From contig CBIMES010000002.1 in NCBI GenBank assembly GCA_966243015.1, positions 48,518-112,517 on the forward strand: 64,000 nt of DNA, read 5' to 3'. Positions 1 to 8,195 of the stretch are shown here, in pieces; the stretch's first letter is position 1, and each line of letters starts with the position of its first letter. The stretch is from an uncultured bacterium (GTDB lineage: Bacteria > Patescibacteriota > Minisyncoccia > Phycocordibacterales > UBA6065). The notes beneath the pieces were generated by a model that worked only from the letters and a program-made list of their open reading frames with translations, had not been told where the DNA came from and made no database searches. Made by a program: the position numbers and the translations under genes.

Positions 1-705
1 GCGACTCGCGAGGCCATGTACGAGAAGATGCGCCGCGAACTCGGCGACGGGCGGCAGGCCTACGTCATATGCGCCCGCATCGACGAGCCGGACCCAACCA
101 AGGAGAACACGGTCCTCGCAAAGTCAGTGATCGAGGAGGCCAAGCGCCTCAAGAAGAGCGTATTCCCCGACTACGAGGTCGGCGTGCTGCACGGCAAGAT
201 GAAGGATGCGGACAAGGACCGCGTCATGCGCGAGTTCAAGGCGGGCAAGATTCACATCCTCGTCGCCACGTCGGTGGTCGAGGTCGGCGTGAACGTGCCG
301 AACGCAACCGTCATCCTCATCGAGGGCGCCGAGCGATTCGGACTGTCGCAGCTGCACCAGCTCCGCGGCCGCGTCGTGAGGTCTAATCACCAGGCGCACT
401 GCTTCCTCTTCTCCGAGAGCCAGGGCGAGAAGACCCTCGAGCGCCTCAAGGCCCTCACCACCGCCAAGAACGGCTTCGAGCTCGCCGAGTTTGACCTCAA
501 GTTCCGCGGCACCGGCGAGCTGTACGGCCGCAAGCAGTGGGGCGTGTCAGACGTGGCCATGGAGGCGATCCAAAATCTCAAGATGGTCGAGGCGGCGCGA
601 GCCGAGGCAATCAGACTCGTCGACGAGGATGACACTTTCGCCACCCTCCCCCTTGTGCGCGACGAGCTCAAGAAAAGGGAGAAACAGAGGATACATTTCG
701 AGTAA
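1..705 (+). CDS. recG: ATP-dependent DNA helicase RecG, C-terminal part (5' end lies outside the window)
   Basis: The reading frame is open from nt 1. Helicase C-terminal motifs are present: ILVATSVVEVGVNVPNATV ... LHQLRGRVVR. Stop codon at 703-705. Confidence 0.8.
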   Translation, partial: ATREAMYEKMRRELGDGRQAYVICARIDEPDPTKENTVLAKSVIEEAKRLKKSVFPDYEVGVLHGKMKDADKDRVMREFKAGKIHILVATSVVEVGVNVPNATVILIEGAERFGLSQLHQLRGRVVRSNHQAHCFLFSESQGEKTLERLKALTTAKNGFELAEFDLKFRGTGELYGRKQWGVSDVAMEAIQNLKMVEAARAEAIRLVDEDDTFATLPLVRDELKKREKQRIHFE

Positions 706-738
706 ACGAAAAATCCCGCATATCACGCGGGATTTTTC

Positions 739-1542
739 CTATCGATACGGAGCGCCGAAAATCATGGGGTTAAAGAGTTGGCCTGTGTACATGTATGTGC
801 CAGATCCCCCAAGACGGAACGATCCCATATTATACGACTTCAACGTCTTTGTGTATGTCGCCGAACCGACCTCCTTGCCGTCGAGATACAACGAGAAGCG
901 CTTGGCCGAGTCATTAACCGACATGGCGGCATGATGCCACTTGCCATCATTCACGTTGACGCCGCTATTGATTGAGATAGACGTGTTGTCAGTGAACCAA
1001 ATGGCACCCGTGAAAACTCCAGAATCCTTGGTCATATAAAGCCCCGAGTGATATCCAGGCCTCAGAATCATATAACCGTCGTACGTCGAACCAGGCAGGC
1101 CAGTCGCCTTGAACCACGTTGCCATAGTGTAACCATCACCAGGATCAGTAATCTGGGCCGCTCCGGGACTCGATGTGACGGGCATATCGACATAACCCGA
1201 CGTTCCGTTAAAAACGAGAGAGTACCCACTGCCCGTAGGAGTATTGCCCACCGCCGACCACGTAGCGCCAGAGGCGATGTTTCCCGTCAAACCGTTTCCC
1301 GATGCGTCAGCGATTGTTGATCCGGCCCCTTCGCTCAAACGCCAGAAACCGCCTGCGCTTGCGCCAACAGCGCGATACAGGGAGCCCTCAAACTGTGTTC
1401 CAGCTGCGATGCGTGCCTTCTCACGAGCAGCGTTAAGACTTGCGAGGACAACGCCTGAAAGCAAAGAGATGATCGAGATGACAACCAAGAGCTCAATGAG
1501 GGTGAATGCGCGGGAAAACTTTAGAAGCGACATTGTCTTCAC
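739..1542 (-). CDS. Type IV pilin-like (prepilin N-terminal) protein fused to a LamG/concanavalin-A-like domain
   Basis: N-terminus KFSRAFTLIELLVVISIISLL is a class III (prepilin) signal with cleavage/methylation motif. The C-terminal half contains a GKWHHAAMSV...LYLDGKEVG LamG-like signature. Confidence 0.75.
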   Translation of the reverse strand: MKTMSLLKFSRAFTLIELLVVISIISLLSGVVLASLNAAREKARIAAGTQFEGSLYRAVGASAGGFWRLSEGAGSTIADASGNGLTGNIASGATWSAVGNTPTGSGYSLVFNGTSGYVDMPVTSSPGAAQITDPGDGYTMATWFKATGLPGSTYDGYMILRPGYHSGLYMTKDSGVFTGAIWFTDNTSISINSGVNVNDGKWHHAAMSVNDSAKRFSLYLDGKEVGSATYTKTLKSYNMGSFRLGGSGTYMYTGQLFNPMIFGAPYR

Positions 1543-1595
1543 ATAATCTTACAAAGCAATTGCCATGTCAACGATTCTGCGCACAGGTAAAAGAA

Positions 1596-1632
1596 AAGCC
1601 GCCTCATCGATTGTGGTCGATAGGCGGCTCGG
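1596..1632 (-). terminator. GC hairpin (gccgcct...aggcggc) followed by a T-tract on the minus strand, downstream of the PEP-CTERM gene
   Basis: An inverted repeat flanked by an A-tract and a T-tract sits immediately after the stop codon of the 1641..2246 gene. Confidence 0.5.
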
Positions 1633-1640
1633 CGGGTCGC

Positions 1641-2246
1641 TCACGCATGTCCCTTTCTGCGGCGAACCGCGACAAGGAGCGCGAGGGCGACGAGGCCGGC
1701 GAACAATCCGAACGAGGCTGGCTCAGGGACAGATGCCGACGGCGCAGATTGTCCCCACGCCATATTCGGATCAAGAGACGAGGTATACCACAGACCCACC
1801 TCCTGGACCCAAAGGCCCGAAGAGAAGTAGGACGGCACATAACCATCGCCGAGAGTAAACGAATACGGGGCATCCGGAACCGGGAGATGGGCAAAATACA
1901 GCTCATCGAATTGCCCATTTTCATCAACCGATTTGAAGGCGACATACAAATCAGGCCCGTAGAATGTGGCGTCCTTGTAGAACACAAGACTCGTCGTCCC
2001 TACCATCAGACTCCCCCCGACAAACGTCGGAACAAGGGGCGTGAGCTCACCATGCTCCTGGAAACCAGGAACGGCGAGATCGAAGTCCACGATGAAGGTC
2101 CCCGAATAGTCGGTGCCGACGGCGACCATGGGAAGATTGCTCTCCGTAACCTTGCCCGAGAACGAAAACGTCACAGGAGCCGCGAGGCTCGTGGACGGAA
2201 GGGCGCCCAGGAAGAACGCCATGACAAGTGCGATGATGTGTTTCAT
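1641..2246 (-). CDS. Secreted protein with a C-terminal PEP-CTERM sorting signal
   Basis: N-terminal signal peptide MKHIIALVMAFFLGALPSTSLA. C-terminus VPEPASFGLFAGLVALALLVAVRRRKGHA has the PEP motif, a TM helix and an Arg-rich tail. Paralogue of 12194..12820. Confidence 0.75.
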   Translation of the reverse strand: MKHIIALVMAFFLGALPSTSLAAPVTFSFSGKVTESNLPMVAVGTDYSGTFIVDFDLAVPGFQEHGELTPLVPTFVGGSLMVGTTSLVFYKDATFYGPDLYVAFKSVDENGQFDELYFAHLPVPDAPYSFTLGDGYVPSYFSSGLWVQEVGLWYTSSLDPNMAWGQSAPSASVPEPASFGLFAGLVALALLVAVRRRKGHA

Positions 2247-2351
2247 CGTGCTTTCCTTTGGTTGAGGTTAGGAATCCCCTGCCGGAATGGCAAAGAGCTT
2301 CACGTCTTCTTAATACCACATGAAAGGAAAATTGTAAATAAAGAAAAGATA

Positions 2352-2384
2352 AAAGAAAAACAGGCGCATCATGCGCCCGTTTTC
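2352..2384 (-). terminator. Rho-independent terminator hairpin for the 2405..2941 gene
   Basis: The minus strand reads gggcgcatgatgcgcc followed by tgtttttctttt. Confidence 0.55.
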
Positions 2385-2404
2385 CGACCCACGGAGAGCC
2401 CCTC

Positions 2405-2941
2405 CTAGTTGTCCCCACGCGATCCGCCGAAGAATGACCTGAACATCCCCCAGATGCGGCCGAAGACGCCCTTTGAGCCGACGTTCGCCGAGAGTTTCGC
2501 GTCAACGGCGCGGACGCTGTCGCCGACCTCGAGGTCAGCCGATGCAACGGTGCTCGTGCCAGAGGCGGCATAGAACACGGTCGTAGACGCGGTAAGAGTA
2601 TGGGCGACGCCGTCCTCGTCAGTGACGACAACAGTGCTCGTGCCAACGGAGGCGACGGTACCGACAATCATCTTGCCGCGAGCCTTCCCCTCCCAACCCT
2701 CTCTCGGACCGTCCCTGCGACCGTTGTCAGGTCGCGACGACGTGCCCATCTCCAAACGGGAGCTCGTGGCGCGGACCTCGCCGCGGAATTCGCCCTTTAC
2801 GGACGGAACTTTGGCGTCAATGTCAGCGCGAACGTTCACGCCGACACCTGCACCAACCTGAGCAGAAACGCCTTGCGCCGCGAGAAGGCAGAGGGCGACG
2901 AGAAATACAGGAGCCGCAAGCTTCAAATGTGTTTTGTTCAT
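2405..2941 (-). CDS. Secreted hypothetical protein (Thr/Ser-rich, DUF5666-like C-terminus)
   Basis: Start placed at the internal Met MNKTHLKLAAPVFLVALCLLAAQG, which begins a signal peptide. The ORF track's upstream extension has no signal peptide or ribosome-binding site. Confidence 0.6.
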   Translation of the reverse strand: MNKTHLKLAAPVFLVALCLLAAQGVSAQVGAGVGVNVRADIDAKVPSVKGEFRGEVRATSSRLEMGTSSRPDNGRRDGPREGWEGKARGKMIVGTVASVGTSTVVVTDEDGVAHTLTASTTVFYAASGTSTVASADLEVGDSVRAVDAKLSANVGSKGVFGRIWGMFRSFFGGSRGDN

Positions 2942-3077
2942 ATGTGAGCGAGGGATTACCCATGAGCGAGTGACCCTCACTCCTTATTCTACGACACAAA
3001 TACGCCGGGCGGTGCACGAAATCAACAGTTCGTCCCGAGATTGTGCTCTCGGCCACGCTGGTTTAGTATAGCCATAC

Positions 3078-3151
3078 GCGCCCATAGCTCAGTTGGTTAG
3101 AGCACAGAGCTTATACCTCTGCGGTCCATGGTTCGAATCCATGTGGGCGCA
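3078..3151 (+). tRNA. tRNA-Ile with anticodon UAU (CCA not encoded)
   Basis: Cloverleaf: acceptor GCGCCCA/TGGGCGC, D-arm GCTC..GAGC, anticodon stem CAGAG/CTCTG with loop CTTATAC (positions 34-36 = TAT), T-arm CATGG-TTCGAAT-CCATG, discriminator A. Confidence 0.85.
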
Positions 3152-3330
3152 CACCAGACAGTCACGCCACGAAACAAAAAGACCCCGTGGTCGCACACGA
3201 GGCCTTGTAGAGGGTTACCGCAACCAAGAGAGTTATGCGTGGCACTTCTCTCTGAACATTAGTACGTTCGCCTTGGGCAAAACGCTTCACCGAAACAATA
3301 TTAGCAGAGGGAAATTTCGAACTGTCGATA

Positions 3331-3360
3331 GAAGCGGCCCGCATTACGCGGGCCGCTTTC
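3331..3360 (-). terminator. GC hairpin (agcggcccgc-atta-gcgggccgct) immediately after the ftsH stop codon
   Basis: Perfect 11-bp inverted repeat abutting the stop codon at 3361. Confidence 0.5.
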
Positions 3361-5295
3361 CTATGCCTGATGCTCGATGTCCTTCTTTTTCTTCGGGACG
3401 ATACCGTGAGCGACGAGGAGCTTCTCGAAGTCCTCGCGCTCGATAGTCTCGACCTCCATAAGGGTCTCCGCAATGGCGGTAAATGCCTTCTTGTTCTCGG
3501 AAATCGCCTTCTCGGCTCGGGCCATGCTCTCGGACATGATCTTTGAGACCTCGGCGTCGACGTCGGCGGCGACACGCTCAGAGTACGCGCCCTCCTCTAC
3601 CCCGCGGCCGAAAAGCACGCGACCGCCGGCCCCCTCAAGGGCAACAGGCCCCATCTTCTCCGACATGCCGTACTTGGTGACCATGTCGCGGGCGAGCGAG
3701 GTGGACACCTGAAGGTCATTCGACGGGCCCGTGGTAAGGTCGCCGAATATCATGCGCTCGGCGACATAGCCCCCGAGGGACACGGTGATGTCATCGAGGA
3801 ACTCCTTCTTTGACTGAAGCTTGCGATCCTCGAGCGGAAGGTGCAGGACGTATCCCGCGGCGCGGCCTCGGGAGATGATAGAAATCTTGTGGACAGGGTC
3901 AGCATACTCAAGCACGGAGGAGATGATGGCGTGACCCGCCTCGTGGTAAGCCGTGATCTTCTTCTCAGCCTTCGAGAGGAGGTGGCTCTTGCGCTCGGGC
4001 CCGAGCATGACCTTCTCGATGGCACGGATAAGGTCGAACTGGGCGACCTTGGTGCGATTCTCGCGGGCAGCGAGAATGGCACCCTCGTTCATAAGCGAGT
4101 AGAGGTCGGCGCCCGAGAAGCCCGGCGTTCGCTCGGCGACAACCTTGAGGTTCACGTCCTCGGCGAACGGCTTCTTCTTCGAGTGGATCTTAAGAATCTC
4201 CTCGCGATCGTTTCGGTCAGGGTTATCGATGGTTACGCGACGGTCAAATCGGCCCGGTCGCAGAAGCGCGGGGTCGAGCACGTCGGGCCTGTTGGTCGCG
4301 GCCATGACGATGACCTTCTCGTTCGGCTCGAAGCCATCCATCTCCACGAGGATCTGATTGAGGGTCTGCTCCCTCTCGTCGTTGCCCCCGCCCGTGCCCA
4401 CGCCTCGACTGCGGCCCACGGCGTCGATCTCGTCGACGAAGATGATGGCTGGGGCGTTTTGCTTTGCCATCTTGAAGAGGTCGCGCACGCGCGAAGCACC
4501 CACGCCGACGAACATCTCGACGAACTCGGAACCCGATATGGAAAAGAACGCCACGCCCGCCTCACCTGCTACCGCACGCGCCAGAAGGGTCTTTCCCGTT
4601 CCCGGCGCGCCCATGAGAAGAATGCCCTTTGGGATGACGGCACCCACGTCGAGGAACTTCTTTGGGTTCCTGAGGAAGTCGACAATTTCCATAAGCTCCT
4701 GCTTTGCCTCCTTGGCGCCGGCGACGTCCTTGAAGGTGACGCGTTGCTTCTTGTCGTCTGGGAAGATGACGCGAGCCTTCGACTGGCCGAAGGTCATGGC
4801 CTGGACCCCCGCTCCCTTCACCTGTCGGGTCATGATCCAGACAAGGAAGCCGATGAAGATGAGCGGCACGATAAACGGCGCGAGGTTCGCGAACCAATAG
4901 CCAAAGCCCGACGGCTGCTTCACGTCAATCTTCACGGCCGTGATCTGCTGCGGAGTCACGCCATAGTTGGTGAGTGTCTCGGTGAGGGCGGTCGAGCCCT
5001 CCTTGTTTGACTCCTTCTTGGTGCCGTCGGCGTACGAGGCCACGAGCGTGTCGCCGTCGATCTCTATGGACGCCACGGCCCCCTTCGACACGTCAGACGA
5101 GAGCTCGGAGAGAGATATTCGCGCCACCTCCTGCTTCCGCTCGGACAGAGACGAGTACGCGAAAACGACGAGGAAGAGAATAATCAATCCCGTGCCAAAA
5201 TTGCCCAGAAAGCCCATGCCAGCCGGCATGCGAGGACCGTTTCCCTTCTTCTGATGCTGTGAATTATGGTCGTTGTGATGAGGTGTTTTAGGCAT
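3361..5295 (-). CDS. ftsH: ATP-dependent zinc metalloprotease FtsH
   Basis: Two N-terminal TM helices, AAA+ motifs ([16 protein letters not shown] Walker A; [11 protein letters not shown] Walker B; SRF), and the HEAGHAI zinc motif. Start placed at ATG 5295 (MPKTPHH); the ORF track's TTG at 5319 is 24 nt upstream. Confidence 0.9.
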   Translation of the reverse strand: MPKTPHHNDHNSQHQKKGNGPRMPAGMGFLGNFGTGLIILFLVVFAYSSLSERKQEVARISLSELSSDVSKGAVASIEIDGDTLVASYADGTKKESNKEGSTALTETLTNYGVTPQQITAVKIDVKQPSGFGYWFANLAPFIVPLIFIGFLVWIMTRQVKGAGVQAMTFGQSKARVIFPDDKKQRVTFKDVAGAKEAKQELMEIVDFLRNPKKFLDVGAVIPKGILLMGAPGTGKTLLARAVAGEAGVAFFSISGSEFVEMFVGVGASRVRDLFKMAKQNAPAIIFVDEIDAVGRSRGVGTGGGNDEREQTLNQILVEMDGFEPNEKVIVMAATNRPDVLDPALLRPGRFDRRVTIDNPDRNDREEILKIHSKKKPFAEDVNLKVVAERTPGFSGADLYSLMNEGAILAARENRTKVAQFDLIRAIEKVMLGPERKSHLLSKAEKKITAYHEAGHAIISSVLEYADPVHKISIISRGRAAGYVLHLPLEDRKLQSKKEFLDDITVSLGGYVAERMIFGDLTTGPSNDLQVSTSLARDMVTKYGMSEKMGPVALEGAGGRVLFGRGVEEGAYSERVAADVDAEVSKIMSESMARAEKAISENKKAFTAIAETLMEVETIEREDFEKLLVAHGIVPKKKKDIEHQA

Positions 5296-5338
5296 ATTCC
5301 CAGTATAGCAGAAACGCAAGATGTGCTAGCATACGCGC

Positions 5339-5788
5339 ATGGCGTTCGCCGAGAACAGGAAAATCAACTTCGATTACGAGACCCTCGAGAGCTTCGAGGC
5401 CGGCATCGAGCTGACCGGGCTCGAGGTCAAGTCGCTCCGCACCCACACCTCTTCCCTCGAGGGCGCCTACGTCACGGTCCGCGGCGGAGAGGCGTTTCTC
5501 GTGAACATGAACGTGCCCCCCTACCAAGTTTCGAACACCCCGAAGGAATACGACCCCCTTCGCGTCCGCAGGCTCCTCCTCGCCAAGAAGGAGATACGAA
5601 AGCTCGCGGATATTGAGGCCGGTAAGGGCTTGACAATAGTACCTGTCAAGGTGTATAATAAAGGAAGGGTGATTAAGGTACAGGTGTCCGTCGTACGAGG
5701 CAAGAAGCAGTTCGACAAGCGACAGACCATCCTGAAGCGCGAGACCAACAGGGACGCGCGAAGGACATTGAAATACGGACAGGAATAG
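5339..5788 (+). CDS. smpB: SsrA-binding protein SmpB
   Basis: 149 aa with a typical SmpB sequence (FDYETLESFEAGIELTGLEVKSLR...KKEIRKL...VKVYNKGRVIKV), directly upstream of a tmRNA-like element. Confidence 0.9.
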   Translation: MAFAENRKINFDYETLESFEAGIELTGLEVKSLRTHTSSLEGAYVTVRGGEAFLVNMNVPPYQVSNTPKEYDPLRVRRLLLAKKEIRKLADIEAGKGLTIVPVKVYNKGRVIKVQVSVVRGKKQFDKRQTILKRETNRDARRTLKYGQE

Positions 5789-5824
5789 CGCGGACGGGCC
5801 ACGGCCCTCCGGCACACCACACAT

Positions 5825-6220
5825 GGGGATGACGGGCTTCGACACACGATTCCCTTCCCTCTGCGCGCGATAGAGCTTGAGTACCTCTGCAAACTGCTCA
5901 AACCATCAAATGCAAAATCTTCCGTTTCGCCGTATTTCGCGGCACGAGATTTCTCATTCGCTTACGCAATAGCCTAAGCGACATCGTCCTTCTGCGCGTC
6001 CGGCGCGGGAGACCGCGGTGTTATATACCCGGACTAGCTAACTCCCAGTTCCAGGGCGTCTAGCGAGACTCGCCGAAAGGCGGGATGGAAATCGGACGAG
6101 GCGCGTTTTGTCTCTTTTACAGCGCCCCGCCCTAAAGCCCTTACGGGCGAAAACTGACTACATCGCGTAGAACCATTGGGAAAGATCATGTGCACGCGCG
6201 TTCAACTCGCGCCATCTCCA
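5825..6220 (+). ncRNA. ssrA: tmRNA (ssrA), one-piece
   Basis: The 5' end GGGGATGACGGGCTTCGACA matches the tmRNA 5' consensus (GGGG.UG...GG.UUCGAC). The 3' end GCGCG-TTCAACT-CGCGC-CATCTCC-A forms a T-arm and a 7-bp acceptor stem with the 5' end, including the G3:U70 pair needed for alanylation. In-frame tag candidate ...(A)ARDFSFAYAIA-TAA at 5939-5977. Adjacent to smpB. Confidence 0.7.
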
Positions 6221-6226
6221 CAACAA

Positions 6227-6260
6227 GCAAAAGACTGCCCCTTCGGCAGTCTTTTGCTTT
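6227..6260. terminator. Bidirectional rho-independent terminator between ssrA (+) and the DUF3761 gene (-)
   Basis: 13-bp stem gcaaaagactgcc / ggcagtcttttgc, loop ccttc, with T-runs on both strands. Confidence 0.7.
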
Positions 6261-6262
6261 GT

Positions 6263-6646
6263 CTAAAGCCACTCAGCGACACCACCGTGATGAGAGCACG
6301 TGCCGCGACGATTCTGGCTAAAGCTAAACGTACCGTCCTTACATTTTGCGGTTGCGCCCGAAGGCACCGAATTATCCGCCGAATAAGCTGGAGAATGAAC
6401 CCTTTGCCCATCCACATTGGTGTAATAGTTATTATTCGACAACGCGCCGCCACTAACTTCTGACGGTTGGTCCCCAGGAGAAACGATACGCGGTGTAGCG
6501 GCAGATTCTACAGCATATATCGGAACAGCACTATTCTGAACAGGCGAAGGCTGAGAAGGAGCAGAACCATCAAACGTAGTGGTAAGCACAATTAAGATGC
6601 CCAGAAGCCAATACCTTTTCTTCGCGAACCAAGGTTTCGTGTTCAT
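6263..6646 (-). CDS. DUF3761-family small secreted protein
   Basis: N-terminal TM/signal segment. The C-terminal CKDGTFSFSQNRRGTCSHHGGV matches the DUF3761 signature. Confidence 0.7.
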   Translation of the reverse strand: MNTKPWFAKKRYWLLGILIVLTTTFDGSAPSQPSPVQNSAVPIYAVESAATPRIVSPGDQPSEVSGGALSNNNYYTNVDGQRVHSPAYSADNSVPSGATAKCKDGTFSFSQNRRGTCSHHGGVAEWL

Positions 6647-6827
6647 GCTGTAATTATATGCTTGTGTGGTAAAGAATAATCAAAGAGATCACATTGACAC
6701 GACAATAAAGATACCGTACTCTTCAAAACCAGTCCGACATCCAGCAGCCAGTCGATATACCCAACCAGCCACGGAACCCGTTCCCCGCTGGAGGGGAATA
6801 CTGTTCTTTGGAAACTCACAGCATCAC

Positions 6828-7220
6828 ATGCGAAAACCCAGCACACCGCCACGAAACGTCCTCGTCTTGCGCAAAGGAGACAAGGGTGTCAAACCCCTCT
6901 GTAACGCCCTCCTCGTCGCCGGCCTCAGTCACGGCAAACACTTCTCGGCCAGCACGGACGAGAGCATCATCACCAACTGGGTCCACAACACCGGGAAGAG
7001 CCAACTCCTCATTATCGACCCCAGCGAGGACACGGAGCTCACGACCCTAATTGCCAAGCTGAAGAAAAAGAACGCCTTTCTTTCGGTGACCGTCATAGGC
7101 ATCCCCCGGAGCAGCAGTGCAGGCATTGACCGTTTCATCGACGTCGATGTGCGCGACGCGCAGTCGCTCAAGCCGATTGTCGAGCTCGTTCGCGAGTTTA
7201 ACGGGACGCCGAAGGTTTAG
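6828..7220 (+). CDS. Hypothetical protein (130 aa)
   Basis: Start placed at the internal ATG (MRKPSTPP...). The upstream part of the ORF-track ORF is low-complexity and lies in an AT-rich presumed promoter region. A terminator follows the gene. Confidence 0.45.
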   Translation: MRKPSTPPRNVLVLRKGDKGVKPLCNALLVAGLSHGKHFSASTDESIITNWVHNTGKSQLLIIDPSEDTELTTLIAKLKKKNAFLSVTVIGIPRSSSAGIDRFIDVDVRDAQSLKPIVELVREFNGTPKV

Positions 7221-7255
7221 CGGCCCTCACATGCCAACCAGAACACCGACACCTC

Positions 7256-7283
7256 AAGCCCCGCAGTGATGCGGGGCTTTTTA
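7256..7283. terminator. Bidirectional terminator hairpin (aagccccgca-gtga-tgcggggctt followed by a T-tract)
   Basis: 10-bp perfect stem followed by ttttatt, located between convergent genes. Confidence 0.7.
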
Positions 7284-7571
7284 TTATTTATGTGCCTCTA
7301 GCTTGTCCTCGTCCTTCGCAGCCTTCTTCTCCCCTCCCCACTGCCACCTCGGCGTCTCTCCCTTTATATATGAGAGTGTAACCAAGGCCACGGACAGCAC
7401 CGCGAGCATGATGCCAAGCCTAAGCGTCTGACCTTCCCAGAGAAACGCGCCAACGAGTACCAGCGCAAGATACACGGCAATGACCGTCCACCCCTGCCAC
7501 CCCGCCGGATACCAGCCCCAGCCGTATCGCTTCCTCCTAAACCACAGCTTATTTTCAGTTTGAGTATTCAT
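7284..7571 (-). CDS. Small membrane protein (95 aa, Trp-rich, 2 TM)
   Basis: Intact ORF with two hydrophobic helices. No assignable family. Confidence 0.5.
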   Translation of the reverse strand: MNTQTENKLWFRRKRYGWGWYPAGWQGWTVIAVYLALVLVGAFLWEGQTLRLGIMLAVLSVALVTLSYIKGETPRWQWGGEKKAAKDEDKLEAHK

Positions 7572-7577
7572 ATTATG

Positions 7578-7738
7578 TAGGCACTATGTCTTTTCAGCAT
7601 ACCATGTGAATAACACACCCTCTGAAAAGACCTTGCGCAGGCCGACGGGCCGAGCAGAGCAAAAGCCCACCAGGGCTTTATGCGTGTCTTGGCAGAGGGT
7701 GTGTTATTCACATGGTACCTTGCATCACATAGTACCTA
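7578..7738 (+). repeat. Structured inverted-repeat element, copy 1 (perfect 22-bp stem 7603-7624 / 7693-7714 around a conserved ~56-nt core at 7631-7686)
   Basis: Outer arms taggcactatgt / acatagtaccta, then catgtgaataacacaccctctg / cagagggtgtgttattcacatg. The core is ~90% identical to the reverse complement of 27682-27738. Confidence 0.7.
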
Positions 7739-7739
7739 A

Positions 7740-8174
7740 ATGTATACTACGCTCATGAACACCCAGGAAAAATTCACGTATCTGTTTTCTCGCTTCGCGC
7801 TCTGTATCGTCTACGTATGGTTCGGCGCCCTCAAGCTCATCAACGCGAGCCCGGCGAACCCGCTCGTCGACGCCCTTCTCCAGAAGACCCTCCCCTTCCT
7901 CAGCTTCGGGGAGTTCATCGTCATCCTCGGCGTCTTCGAAATCCTCATCGGCGTGCTCTTTGTCATTCCCCGCATGGAACGATTCGCCCTGGTCCTGCTC
8001 GTGCCGCATATGATCACGACCGTCGCGCCGCTCTTCCTCCTCGCGCCAATGACCTGGACCGGCTTCCTCTCCCCTACCCTCGAGGGACAGTACATCATCA
8101 AGAACATCCTTATCGTCGCCCTCGCCGTCGACATCTTCATAGAGAACAAGAAAGTCCGCGCGCTCCGCGCCTAA
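7740..8174 (+). CDS. DoxX-like small integral membrane protein
   Basis: 144 aa with four predicted TM helices, an architecture consistent with the DoxX/DUF417 class. First gene of the PadR-PspC cluster. Confidence 0.5.
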   Translation: MYTTLMNTQEKFTYLFSRFALCIVYVWFGALKLINASPANPLVDALLQKTLPFLSFGEFIVILGVFEILIGVLFVIPRMERFALVLLVPHMITTVAPLFLLAPMTWTGFLSPTLEGQYIIKNILIVALAVDIFIENKKVRALRA

Positions 8175-8195
8175 TCGCCTAACCCATTACAAGCC

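Noticed and set aside
1506-2408. 300-aa plus-strand ORF
   Set aside because: It is antisense to the PEP-CTERM gene and its terminator region. It is Arg-rich low complexity with no start context.
3152-3156. Encoded CCA at the tRNA 3' end
   Set aside because: The sequence after the discriminator A is CACCA, not CCA, so the CCA is presumably added post-transcriptionally. The tRNA is called to 3151.
3841-5010. 389-aa plus-strand ORF
   Set aside because: It is entirely antisense to ftsH, Arg/Leu/Asp-rich with no motifs. It is a typical long antisense ORF of high-GC DNA.
6176-6463. Plus-strand (6176-6463) and minus-strand (6202-6453) ORFs of 83-95 aa
   Set aside because: They overlap the tmRNA 3' end, the bidirectional terminator and the well-supported DUF3761 gene on the other strand. 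They have no features of their own.
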